Origin: Candidatus Poribacteria bacterium
Lineage (GTDB): Bacteria > Poribacteria > WGA-4E > WGA-3G
Direction of reading: 5' to 3'
Length of the DNA: 64,000 bases
Assembly (NCBI GenBank): GCA_963663765.2
Contig: CAXXUA010000005.1
Location: 416,001-480,000, forward strand
Within the stretch, counting starts at the first letter, position 1; every line of letters begins with the position of its first letter. Positions 18,888-29,188 of the stretch are shown here, in pieces. The position numbers and the translations under genes are program-made. The notes beneath the pieces are model-generated. The model did no database searches, was not told where the DNA came from, and saw only the letters and a list, made by a program, of their open reading frames with translations.

Positions 18888-21800
18888 ATGCAACAATATA
18901 CTATTATCTGTATTCATTTCATCATTTGTATTGTTCTTCTTATTGGTTGTGGAGAAAAAGAGGACAAGGATATTCTTGCAGCACGAAAGGCAATTGTTGA
19001 AGGAGATTATGCTGCAGCGGAAATTTCAGTAAAGAATTCGCGCACTAATGATTCAGACAATCAGGAAGCGGTTTATCTTGATCGATTACTTGTATTACGT
19101 AGCAACACGGATACAAACAGTTGGCATCAAGCCATTGGTCAGATATTAGCACATCTTGCAACGTTGAATTCCGAGATTGACGCGATATCAATATTGGAGG
19201 ACCCTGATTCAGATGAACTTGATCAACAGGAACGACATATTCGGGCACGTAACTCTATATCAGGATTGTTGTCAACATCGCTTGCCCTGGCAGTTGAGAA
19301 AAGACCTGCGCTCCTTTCGGATTTAGCAAAAAGACCAGATGCTGTCGTTGTGACGGGTCTGTTAGAAGCAAGAAAATGTTATCAACCATCAGTACGCATT
19401 TCAACATCAAAACTATTACAGAAATTTCAAAGCGATACAGTTGTAGCAGATTCTTATATCACCTTATTGCAGGAAGATGCTACCCTCCACCAAGATCCGC
19501 AAATTCGAAAAGCAGCCATACAGGAATTAGGTACAATTCAAGATAACAAACTAATACCAACGTATAAAACAATTTTTAGCAGAACAGACGAAGTGCCCGA
19601 TTTAGCATATACTGCTATCGTAGCAGTTGGAACGCTATGTAAACCGCAATTTCAACCGAATCCAGAATTAGTTCCTGTTCTTCAATTAGCAACGCGAAAC
19701 AACAATGCACAAGTTAGAATGCATGCTGCGAAACTACTTGGTAGACTTCAGTCGGAAGCAGCTATCGTTGATTTGGTTAAGTTATTAGCAGATTCTAACG
19801 GATTTGTCCGAAGCACAGCAATAGATGCAATTGATAGAATTGGACTACCTGCAGTTGACACGCTTTTAAATATACTTCATTCCAGTGGAAGAAGTATCAT
19901 TCCTGATGAAGACAATGGCTATTCCGATCAATACCGTTTTATTGCAAGTGCATATATTGATGAACCTTGGAAGAAAAAATTTCGTTTGAGAGCACAATCA
20001 GCGGCGATAGATACTTTGGGAAGACTCAGAGCAGAGTCCGCTGTTTTACCTTTAATTCAACTACTTAGGAATGAAGATTTAAAAGGAGCAGCCCGTGCTG
20101 CATTGATTGCCATGCGCGGATTAGCCGTTCCTGCACTCATTGAAGCACTACAGACAAGTGAATTACCTATTCAGATTGAGTCGGCAAATGCTTTAAGCAG
20201 TATCGGTGACAGACGTGCAATTCAACCATTTGTTGACATCTTGACAGGGGAAGCACCTAAAGAAGTTAAACCGATTGCTGCAAAAGGTTTGGGTGACATG
20301 AGAGCACGTGGTACAAACAACGTAGCAATAGACGCACTTACAGCAGTTCTGGATCTGGATGATACAACGGTGACACACGCAGCGGAAGCACTTGGTAAAA
20401 TAAATGTGTCTTCAGAAGTGACGATACTCAAACTGATAGCAATTTCAATGGATAAGTTGCGTAGAGAAACTGTGCGTTCTGCAGCAATGAATGCTCTATG
20501 GCAAATGAAACCCGCAAATGCAACCCAACCGATGTTATTGCTTTTACTAAGTGATGATACAAGTGCTGTTATCCGAGCAAACGCTGTAAAAGTACTGAGT
20601 CGTATTAAAAACACGAATACATTACCCGTGCTGTTTTGGGTATTGTCAATGCAGTATGATGATATTTCCGATTTCCAAAGACAAATGAAACGGCAATATA
20701 AAACACTTGAAGCATTGCGAACCCATCTTGATTCATTGAAAATTGAGTGGACAGCAGACTATCCACGTCCGTATTATAGGATTTGGGGTGAGCTTAAACC
20801 TGTCCCCAGTCTTGTTCGTAGTGAAGTTGCTCGTTCTCTCGGTATTTTCAAGGGTGATTCTGTTGTTGAACCCCTTGTAAATGCATTAGCAGACGATCAA
20901 CGCGCCACGGTTCGACGTAGTGCTGCATGGGCACTTGGTAGAGTTGGAGGGGATGCCGCAGTAGATGCATTGATTACTGCTTTAAAGAAAGACAAACAGG
21001 GGTTTGTACGGCAAGAAGCTGCAATAGCTTTGGGGACGATCAAATCAGAGAAAAGTGCTGATCCGTTACTTGATATAATTAGGACTGATAAGTATGAAAC
21101 CGCACGTCTTGAGGCGACTAAGGCTCTCAGGGAAATAAATCCTGCGCTTGTAGATAAAGCATTAGTTGATATTATAAAAAAAGGGCTCGGTAGTTTTGAA
21201 GAAGGTTATGAAGTGTTATCAGTTCAAAATGAAGTTATCGGTGCTCTTGTTACCAACGGAAATGCGACAACAACCGGCTTTCTGCTTGACGCGCTAAAAT
21301 CTGTAGACGATGAATGGACTCATTGGGCAATCGTTTATATGTTGGGAGTTATACATGATAGTTCAGCATTGGACACAATGCTTGAAGCGTTGGATAATCC
21401 GAGTTTTGTTATACGTAAAGAAGCAGTGACTCGACTTGGTGGATTTAAAGACCGAAAAACTGTGGATCCTTTAATAGCCATTCTTGAAAACACCGATGAA
21501 TCTGTTACGATTCGTGCAGCAGCAATTTATTCACTAAATGTTCTTCGTGATGAACGTGCAGCTCCGGCACTCCGTGAAGCACTGAATGACGAGAACAGCG
21601 CTATAAGGTTACAAGCTGTGTCTGCTTTAGGTGGTATCAAAGATGCAAAATCAGTATTAAAATTGAGTGAAATGATAAACAATCTGTTAGAAACAGATGC
21701 TATTCGTGCTGCTGCTGTAGCTGCTCTTGGAAATATCGGAGATCCATCATCTGAAGATCTGTTTCTCCGTGCTATTGATGTCAGAATTGGCAATATCTCA

Positions 21801-22745
21801 AACAATGCAATTACTGCGCTCGGTAAGCTAAAAAGCACAATAGCGGTTCCTCGTCTTATAGAAATTTTGGAAGATAAACGGATTCCATTAGATACAAGCA
21901 CTGCTGCTATAGCAAACTCCTCACCCCGGATAAAAGCTGCGGTAGCATTAGGGTCAATTGAGGGACCTGAAGCAACACTCGCTTTGGCGAATCGAATCAT
22001 TGATGATACAGAGTTTATTGTCGCACTTGAGGATGCAGGAAATAGACGAAATTTAGCACTCAATGATAGGAAACGAAACTGGAGCTGGGAAGTAATTGTC
22101 AAATCTGCTAAGAAACTTCAACTACCTGAGTTCATTGCAGAAAATATGCAAACTCGTACAGAAGACAAATGGGAAGGAAAACCAATTAGAAATGCAGCGT
22201 CTGTTGCATTAGGACGCACTCGGTCACTTGATGTTCCTGAACTCAAAACAGCACTCGCTGAATCTGATGTTGATACACGAAAAGACACTGCACGGAAAAT
22301 TGGAGAAACGGGATCAGTTGCCCTAATCCCTGACCTTATCCTTGTAGCAAACGGAGAAAATGAGGACAACAAAGATGTCCGACGATTAGCAACACAGGCT
22401 TTAGGAGAACTTGCTGACGCATCAACGACTGATCCGTTGATTGAAGTTTTGAATAACATAGAAAATCATATTGAAATCCGCAGAGACGCTGCGCGTGCTC
22501 TCGGAAAAATTGCTACGGATAGCGCGGTTTCAGCACTCAATGCAATGTTAACAGAGTTGCATTCCAACCAAACTGAACGTGCCCTTCGTTTAGATGTTAT
22601 AAGAGCCATGGGAGATGCAAAAAACAGCAGTAGTACAAACATTTTGGAAACGGTCTTGGAAGATACTGATGCAGATATCCATTTCCTTGCAGCGTCTGCG
22701 CTTTATGAAATTACTGGCAATGGATATGGTTATGATAGGTTATAA
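18888..22745 (+). CDS. Large HEAT-repeat (PBS-lyase type) lipoprotein
   Basis: Lipobox LIGC; many VR..AA.ALG..G...AV..LI.AL.D repeats. Confidence 0.85.
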   Translation: MQQYTIICIHFIICIVLLIGCGEKEDKDILAARKAIVEGDYAAAEISVKNSRTNDSDNQEAVYLDRLLVLRSNTDTNSWHQAIGQILAHLATLNSEIDAISILEDPDSDELDQQERHIRARNSISGLLSTSLALAVEKRPALLSDLAKRPDAVVVTGLLEARKCYQPSVRISTSKLLQKFQSDTVVADSYITLLQEDATLHQDPQIRKAAIQELGTIQDNKLIPTYKTIFSRTDEVPDLAYTAIVAVGTLCKPQFQPNPELVPVLQLATRNNNAQVRMHAAKLLGRLQSEAAIVDLVKLLADSNGFVRSTAIDAIDRIGLPAVDTLLNILHSSGRSIIPDEDNGYSDQYRFIASAYIDEPWKKKFRLRAQSAAIDTLGRLRAESAVLPLIQLLRNEDLKGAARAALIAMRGLAVPALIEALQTSELPIQIESANALSSIGDRRAIQPFVDILTGEAPKEVKPIAAKGLGDMRARGTNNVAIDALTAVLDLDDTTVTHAAEALGKINVSSEVTILKLIAISMDKLRRETVRSAAMNALWQMKPANATQPMLLLLLSDDTSAVIRANAVKVLSRIKNTNTLPVLFWVLSMQYDDISDFQRQMKRQYKTLEALRTHLDSLKIEWTADYPRPYYRIWGELKPVPSLVRSEVARSLGIFKGDSVVEPLVNALADDQRATVRRSAAWALGRVGGDAAVDALITALKKDKQGFVRQEAAIALGTIKSEKSADPLLDIIRTDKYETARLEATKALREINPALVDKALVDIIKKGLGSFEEGYEVLSVQNEVIGALVTNGNATTTGFLLDALKSVDDEWTHWAIVYMLGVIHDSSALDTMLEALDNPSFVIRKEAVTRLGGFKDRKTVDPLIAILENTDESVTIRAAAIYSLNVLRDERAAPALREALNDENSAIRLQAVSALGGIKDAKSVLKLSEMINNLLETDAIRAAAVAALGNIGDPSSEDLFLRAIDVRIGNISNNAITALGKLKSTIAVPRLIEILEDKRIPLDTSTAAIANSSPRIKAAVALGSIEGPEATLALANRIIDDTEFIVALEDAGNRRNLALNDRKRNWSWEVIVKSAKKLQLPEFIAENMQTRTEDKWEGKPIRNAASVALGRTRSLDVPELKTALAESDVDTRKDTARKIGETGSVALIPDLILVANGENEDNKDVRRLATQALGELADASTTDPLIEVLNNIENHIEIRRDAARALGKIATDSAVSALNAMLTELHSNQTERALRLDVIRAMGDAKNSSSTNILETVLEDTDADIHFLAASALYEITGNGYGYDRL

Positions 22746-22768
22746 TAAGGTAATGAGGGGGTAATTTC

Positions 22769-25700
22769 ATGACACAACGAATAACAGTATCATTCCTGTT
22801 TATCTGCCTTCTGATGAGTTGTTCACAAGTTGAACACTCTTCAGAATACGTAAATATACCCGATGAAAAACTGGCAGAAGTTCTAAGACACAAATTAAAT
22901 CTAAATCCAGTTGGCCGGATACCCAAAAAAGAGCTATCAGAATTAACTGAATTGAGGATACAATCCTATCAAAAAATAAAAAGCTTAAAAGGATTAGAGC
23001 ATGCAACTGGACTTACAGACTTTAGGATATCTGGTAGTTATGAAATTGAAGACCTCTCCCTACTTTCAAACTTTACAAAGTTAGAGGACTTAGTTATCTC
23101 TTTCAATAGTGTCAGCAACATAAAACCGCTGGAAAAGTTAACAAATCTCACTGGGTTGACCCTCAATTATAATAGCATAAGTGACCTCAAACCACTTGCC
23201 AAGTTAACGAAACTTGAAAAATTATACATCGCGCGTAATCCAATATCCGATCTCACTCCGCTCAAAAAGTTGATGAATCTCAAGTCTTTGTGGCTTGTGG
23301 AAATTGAAGAGGTAAGAGACATTAGTCCTATCGCCGGTCTAACCCAACTCAAAGAGTTAACATTAGCTAATATACATATAAACGATCTTGCACCGCTCGC
23401 GGAACTGAAAAACCTGACTAAACTGAACCTAAACGACAATTACATTAGCGATATATCCGCACTATCCGGCTTGACAAACCTGACAGAGTTGAGTCTATAC
23501 CACAATCTTGTGAAAGACACCTCACCGCTCGCAGAGTTGACGAACTTGACATACTTATTACTTCACAGTTCAATCAATGATATATCCGCACTTGCTGGAT
23601 TGACAAAACTTGAAAATCTGATGCTCTATGCGAATTACATCACAGACATTACGCCGCTTGCTGACTTAACCAATCTTACTGAACTGAGACTTGAAGATAA
23701 TCAAATTTCAGACATCACACCGCTTGCTGACTTAACCAATCTTACGACATTACGACTGCATAACAATCAAATATCGGACATTACACCGCTTCGTGGTATG
23801 ACAAAGCTTCTTGTATTAGAACTTCGTAAAAACAATATCCAAGATGTTACGCCACTTGCAAATCTAACGAATCTTAACGCACTCTCCCTTGGTGGGAACA
23901 ATATTACTGATATTTCACCACTTGCCAAACTAACAAAACTGACACATTTAGGTCTTGCTTATAACGCTATCAAAGACATCAGTGTTGTTGAAAATTTCAC
24001 TGCTTTAGAGGAGCTAAATGTAAAACAGAATCCTGTCCAAAATTTGACCACGATTGATAAGATACAGAGTCATAATCCGGCATTACTTCAACCACCAACA
24101 AATAGACGGAGTAGAGAAACGCCTGAATTCGGTTATGTTGTTGCACGGCACGAAACGCCATCCGGTCTACCTACATCGGCCAAAGCACGACTCGGCAAAG
24201 GCGGAATCAATGTTATGCGGTTTTCACCAGATGGAACGCAATTGGCTGTCGGTACCGATGTCGGTTTGACAATTTACGATGTCTTTTCTGGAAATGAAAA
24301 GGGAATAGGCAGCAAAATAACTGCCGAAATCAATGCTATCGCGTTTTCCCATGACGGTAAGTTGCTTGCGTGTGGAGGTGCCTCAAACCCAGTGATACAG
24401 ATATGGAATCTACAGTATGGAAAAGAATTACCCGCCATTCCAGTCCCCGATGGTGGCAGGATAAATGACAGACTGAAATATGCGGTTACTGCTTTAGCAT
24501 TTACAAAGGATAATAATAAACTGATTAGCTTGGATGATGACGGAAATGTAAAACACTGGGATATAACAGTTGGTAGTAATACACCTATATTAGACATAAA
24601 TACTTACGGAGATAGTAACAATGTGTTTTCAATCTCTCATGACGGCAGTCATTTTGTATCACACACATATAAGGATAAACTTAAGATATGGGATACAACG
24701 AAAGACGAACCCATTGCAACACTCAAGGGGCATTCCCGTTTCCTTGATGGATGGCGACCCTTCAAAGATAAAAACAAACGACAAAAGGCAGATGTTCTTG
24801 CATTAGACTTCTCTTATGATGGGAAATATATCGCAAGTGGTAGTAAAGACATGACGGTACGTTTGTGGGATACGAAACGCCGCAAAAAACGCCATACGTT
24901 GAAAGGACATACAGGATGGGTTACCTCTGTTGCATTATCAAAAGATGGCAATACGGTCGCAAGCGGTGATACTGATGGTATACTCCGATTATGGGAAACA
25001 GAGGATGGTAAAGAGGTAGCGACACTCAAGGGTCATACTAATTCGATTGTCGCATTGAGATTCACGCCTGATGGGAAAACACTTGCAAGTGCCAGTGCTG
25101 ATGGCACAATACGATTCTGGGAAGTAAACAGTGGTGAAGAAATAAAGGTCTTTGCAACTGGACACACAGAATCGGTGAAAGCCATAGCGTTCTCCTCAGA
25201 TGGTTTTACCCTTTCATGTGCAATGTTCAATGGAACCGTCCAAAAATATGACATTGCAACACAGAAACAACTCTCAACCCTTACTACCGAGTCGCAAATC
25301 GTCGCCGAACAGGTAGTGCTTACACCTGACGCATCGCTGTTAGCATGTAAACCCTTAGAGAATCCTATAGTTTTCAATATAAAGGGAACAGAGTACGATC
25401 AATACGCTTCGTCTCACCGAATTCCGGGAAATTTTAGGGTATGGGATGTGTTGACTGGTAAAGAACTCCCCACGCAGATGTCCGCAAGAGACATCGTCTT
25501 ATCACAGAATAACAAATATATTGCAAGACACAAATGGAATCAGATCAACGTATCTGATGTGAGAAATGGGAATGATCTCTTTCAGATTGACATTGAAAAT
25601 GACTCAATACTCTTCTCACCCAACAGCAAGCTACTTGTCACAGGTGAATGGTCTTCTAACCCATCAGAGATATGGGATGTACAAGAACAGAAACGGCTTG

Positions 25701-26137
25701 CAACGCTTGGTACAGGTGATGAACCGATTGTATTTTCTGCTGATGGAAATATACTCGCCTGTAATCATAGTAATGATGTTATTTTTTGGGACTTGAGTGT
25801 ACCAGAAGAACCACTCTTTATTGGAGAGATAGGTGCATTTCACTCATCTCTGTATAACAGTTCTAATACAATATCTCCTGATAACACCATTTATCTCCAA
25901 TCAAAGCATCTCTTGGATGATTGGTTCTGTGAAGCACAGATTCAGTTATGGGATATCAATAGTGGAAATATGTTGTTAACACTCTATGGTCATACAGAAT
26001 CAATAAATACGCTAACCTTCTCACCCGATGGAAAAACGCTTGCAAGTGGTTCTGAAGATGGTACTGTGCTATTGTGGGATTGGGATGACATCCTAAACGA
26101 TGTCCGATTGAAAAACAGACTGGGTGATGATAGATAA
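22769..26137 (+). CDS. Lipoprotein fusing internalin-like LRRs to WD40 beta-propellers
   Basis: Lipobox LMSC; 22-aa L..L.L..N.I.DI.PLA.LT.L repeats followed by GH...V....FSPDG..LASGS.D.T..LWD repeats. Confidence 0.9.
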   Translation: MTQRITVSFLFICLLMSCSQVEHSSEYVNIPDEKLAEVLRHKLNLNPVGRIPKKELSELTELRIQSYQKIKSLKGLEHATGLTDFRISGSYEIEDLSLLSNFTKLEDLVISFNSVSNIKPLEKLTNLTGLTLNYNSISDLKPLAKLTKLEKLYIARNPISDLTPLKKLMNLKSLWLVEIEEVRDISPIAGLTQLKELTLANIHINDLAPLAELKNLTKLNLNDNYISDISALSGLTNLTELSLYHNLVKDTSPLAELTNLTYLLLHSSINDISALAGLTKLENLMLYANYITDITPLADLTNLTELRLEDNQISDITPLADLTNLTTLRLHNNQISDITPLRGMTKLLVLELRKNNIQDVTPLANLTNLNALSLGGNNITDISPLAKLTKLTHLGLAYNAIKDISVVENFTALEELNVKQNPVQNLTTIDKIQSHNPALLQPPTNRRSRETPEFGYVVARHETPSGLPTSAKARLGKGGINVMRFSPDGTQLAVGTDVGLTIYDVFSGNEKGIGSKITAEINAIAFSHDGKLLACGGASNPVIQIWNLQYGKELPAIPVPDGGRINDRLKYAVTALAFTKDNNKLISLDDDGNVKHWDITVGSNTPILDINTYGDSNNVFSISHDGSHFVSHTYKDKLKIWDTTKDEPIATLKGHSRFLDGWRPFKDKNKRQKADVLALDFSYDGKYIASGSKDMTVRLWDTKRRKKRHTLKGHTGWVTSVALSKDGNTVASGDTDGILRLWETEDGKEVATLKGHTNSIVALRFTPDGKTLASASADGTIRFWEVNSGEEIKVFATGHTESVKAIAFSSDGFTLSCAMFNGTVQKYDIATQKQLSTLTTESQIVAEQVVLTPDASLLACKPLENPIVFNIKGTEYDQYASSHRIPGNFRVWDVLTGKELPTQMSARDIVLSQNNKYIARHKWNQINVSDVRNGNDLFQIDIENDSILFSPNSKLLVTGEWSSNPSEIWDVQEQKRLATLGTGDEPIVFSADGNILACNHSNDVIFWDLSVPEEPLFIGEIGAFHSSLYNSSNTISPDNTIYLQSKHLLDDWFCEAQIQLWDINSGNMLLTLYGHTESINTLTFSPDGKTLASGSEDGTVLLWDWDDILNDVRLKNRLGDDR

Positions 26138-26302
26138 GCAATTTAGTGAGATTGTTTATTGTCTGAACGTGTAGATGCAAATCAAAGGTTACTAAAGGCA
26201 AATCATTGCAATTTAGACAGGTAGTCAATAGAAACCAAAAAACTGAATTTGTGATCTTTCATAAGAATGGTAAAATTCATTAACATTAAAAAGGAAACGC
26301 TT

Positions 26303-26626
26303 ATGGCATTTTTTGAATTACGTCAATATAGAACGCAACCCGGTCAACATGAGAACTGGGTGAAATACATGGAAGAAACGGTGATACCGTTCCAGATTTC
26401 TAAAGGCATGGTCGTCATTGGTAGTTTCATCGGTGAAGAGGAAGATGACCTTTACGTCTGGATTCGTCGGTTTGAAAGTGAGGAACAACGTGAAAAACTA
26501 TACGCAGCGGTTTATGAAGATGAACGTTGGGTAAATGAAATATCTGCGCGTGTGGGGGAACTCATTGATAGAACAAAGATCGTTGTTACACGGATGGAAC
26601 CGACCTCAATATCGCCACATCAATAA
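26303..26626 (+). CDS. NIPSNAP-family protein
   Basis: FFELRQY...PG and YVWIRRFESEE motifs. Confidence 0.85.
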   Translation: MAFFELRQYRTQPGQHENWVKYMEETVIPFQISKGMVVIGSFIGEEEDDLYVWIRRFESEEQREKLYAAVYEDERWVNEISARVGELIDRTKIVVTRMEPTSISPHQ

Positions 26627-26644
26627 CAACAATGGAGATGGATT

Positions 26645-27391
26645 ATGAACGCTGAAGAAAAATATCTGTTTGACCTGTGGGGATATGTCAATATTGAGGG
26701 CGTTTTAGGTGCAGATGAACTTACGGAATTGAATGCACTGATTGATGCACAAGACTATCCGGAACCTGCTGACGATAACATCCATTCGCAACGATTTGGT
26801 GGATTCTTAAAATGGGAAGACGAGGCTTTTCGCAATCTTCTGAACCATCCCCGTATAATGCCGTGTTTAGCAGAGATCGTCGGTCCAAAATTCCGACTTG
26901 ACCATGTTTATGGTATCCTGATGATAGATGGTAACCCTGGTGGCACACTACATGGTGGTGGCACACCTTACGATCCATCACAGTATTATGTCTTTCGTAA
27001 TAATCGGATGTATAATGGTTTGACAGTTGTATCTTGGGCATTGACAGATATGCTACCTGGACACGGAGGATTCTGCTGTATTCCAGGTAGTCATAAGAGT
27101 AACTATCCGTGTCCACCGCAGTTCCGTCCCGTTGAGAAAAATAACACATGTATGGCACCCGTACATCAAAAAGCAGGTGATGCTGTCATCTTCACGGAAG
27201 CGTTGACACACGGCACATTGCCGTGGATTGCTTCACATCAACGTCGTTCCATTCTCTTCAAGTATTCCCCTGGACATGCTTCATGGGGACGAGAAAGATA
27301 TGACGAAGCACTCCTTAACATGATGTCTGAGGAAGATCAGAAGTTGATGCTGGAACCGCCTTATGTTTCGCATCGAAAACCTGTTGTTTAG
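26645..27391 (+). CDS. Phytanoyl-CoA dioxygenase (PhyH) family protein
   Basis: LHGG, GGFCCIPGSHKSN, AGDAVIFTEALTHG and RRS motifs. Confidence 0.85.
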   Translation: MNAEEKYLFDLWGYVNIEGVLGADELTELNALIDAQDYPEPADDNIHSQRFGGFLKWEDEAFRNLLNHPRIMPCLAEIVGPKFRLDHVYGILMIDGNPGGTLHGGGTPYDPSQYYVFRNNRMYNGLTVVSWALTDMLPGHGGFCCIPGSHKSNYPCPPQFRPVEKNNTCMAPVHQKAGDAVIFTEALTHGTLPWIASHQRRSILFKYSPGHASWGRERYDEALLNMMSEEDQKLMLEPPYVSHRKPVV

Positions 27392-27463
27392 AATTGTTTT
27401 CTTGTAAAATGGGGTCTACATCCCCGAATAACCGATTTACTCAACAGCACTCGACTTATAGTT

Positions 27464-27621
27464 CAGGACTTACGCACTCAACGGTAGGCGGGGAATGCCT
27501 AAACGGCATTCATACCGTTGATTTGGTGCTTTGTAAGCGCGCCGGAAACCTAAAAAATGCTGAAAATTACATCGTTTTCGTCTTAATTCTTGATTGGATC
27601 ATGAAAACTGCGTAAGTCCTG
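27464..27621. mobile_element. MITE family A long variant (158 bp, extra REP-like hairpin), flanking repeat AGTT
   Basis: CAGGACTTACGCA...TGCGTAAGTCCTG; close to 36807-36964. Confidence 0.8.
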
Positions 27622-27772
27622 AGTTTTAATTTTGATTAGAATATCCTTTATTGCAATTATTAGTCATCAACTATTGTTTGAGAATTGAATGTGCAAATTA
27701 TAAAAAGAAAAGTTTGACAGTCCATAGAAGAACACTGATAACCAATCACTAACAACCATTTAAGGAGAAAAT

Positions 27773-29110
27773 ATGCCTTCAAGACCTAATGTAGTATTTA
27801 TGATCGCTGATGACCATCGTTGGGATGCCATTGCAGGTATGGGTGACCCGACGGTGAAAACACCAACGATGGATTCCCTAATGGAACGTGGTACGACCTA
27901 CCAGCGAACGCATATAATGGGGTCCCTTGTAGGCGCTGTATGTGTTCCGAGTCGTGCAGCAGTTCTTACAGGTGCGAATCTATTTCGTAGTGGTGGAAAT
28001 CAGATTAACCCTGATTTGGCGGTTTGGCCGCATGTGATGAGAGAAGCAGGATACCACACATTTTTTAGTGGTAAATGGCACAACGATAGGCAAACTTTTT
28101 CAAAGAGTTTTGACGATGCTGCTAAGATTTTCTTCGGTGGCATGGGTAACCAATATAAAGTACCAGTTTTTGATTTCGATCCGACAGGCAAATATCCTAA
28201 AGAAGATAGATATATTGGTGACAAGTTCTCTTCGACACTGTTTACAGACGCTGCTGTGCAGTTCTTAGAGGACTATGACCAAACAGATCCGTTTTTCCTT
28301 TACCTTTCCTTTACATCACCACATGATCCGAGGACACCTCCAGGAGAATATGCGACGATGTATTCACCTGAAGAGATACCACTTCCAGCGAACTTTTATC
28401 CTCAACACCCATTTGACAATGGAGAGATGCGAATACGAGATGAAAAATTAGCACCGTTTCCACGCACGCCTGAAGTTGTTCAGCAACATATTGCCGATTA
28501 CTACGGTATGATCAGCAGTCAAGATTACGAAATGGGAAGAGTGATAGAAACGTTAGAAGCAAAAGGATGTTTGGATAATACAATCGTTATCTATACGTCT
28601 GATCACGGACTTGCTGTCGGTCAACACGGATTGTTTGGTAAGCAGAATCTCTATGAGCATAGTATCCGTGTGCCATCTATTTTTACAGGTCCAGGTGTCT
28701 CTGAAGGTGTAACAGTAGATGAATTGACCTATCTCTACGATGTTTTTCCCACTGTGTGTGATCTAACAGATATTGAATGTCCTGATACTGTTGAAGGTAC
28801 GAGTTTAGTTCCGTTAATGGAAGGTTGTGTTGATAAGGTTCGCGATTCTGTTTTTGCTGCCTACAAGGACATTCATCGCACTGTCAGCGATGGTCGTTGG
28901 AAACTCATTCGTAATTATGTCTCTAAAGAAACTGGAAAAGGGACAGATTGTCTGCAGTTGTTTGATCTTGAAAATGATCCGTGGGAAATTGCAAACCTTT
29001 CGGATCTGACTGAACATCAGGATCGTATCAAGACATTGGCAGCTGAACTAAATAGATGGCAAAACGAGACTGATGACTTTATGAAAGATGTTCCGGTATT
29101 GTTGGGATAG
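27773..29110 (+). CDS. Sulfatase (choline-sulfatase-like)
   Basis: PNVVFMIADD, CVPSR, GKWH, SDHGLAVGQHGL.GKQNLYE motifs. Confidence 0.92.
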   Translation: MPSRPNVVFMIADDHRWDAIAGMGDPTVKTPTMDSLMERGTTYQRTHIMGSLVGAVCVPSRAAVLTGANLFRSGGNQINPDLAVWPHVMREAGYHTFFSGKWHNDRQTFSKSFDDAAKIFFGGMGNQYKVPVFDFDPTGKYPKEDRYIGDKFSSTLFTDAAVQFLEDYDQTDPFFLYLSFTSPHDPRTPPGEYATMYSPEEIPLPANFYPQHPFDNGEMRIRDEKLAPFPRTPEVVQQHIADYYGMISSQDYEMGRVIETLEAKGCLDNTIVIYTSDHGLAVGQHGLFGKQNLYEHSIRVPSIFTGPGVSEGVTVDELTYLYDVFPTVCDLTDIECPDTVEGTSLVPLMEGCVDKVRDSVFAAYKDIHRTVSDGRWKLIRNYVSKETGKGTDCLQLFDLENDPWEIANLSDLTEHQDRIKTLAAELNRWQNETDDFMKDVPVLLG

Positions 29111-29125
29111 TTCATTTGTTTACTT

Positions 29126-29163
29126 GTCTGAATCAGGTTTCTAATAAGAAACTTGGTTCAGAC
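29126..29163. terminator. Hairpin between convergent genes, built from the recurrent GTCTGAA.CAGG/CCTGGTTCAGAC repeat
   Basis: GTCTGAATCAGGTTTCT-AATA-AGAAACTTGGTTCAGAC. Confidence 0.5.
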
Positions 29164-29188
29164 TTAAGAATAAACGTTACTTAGTCAA

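Noticed and set aside
27394-27615. Short ORFs at 27394, 36532, 17290, 32850 and 32872
   Set aside because: They are translations of MITE or tRNA sequence; most other short track ORFs are antisense or alternative-frame shadows of real genes.
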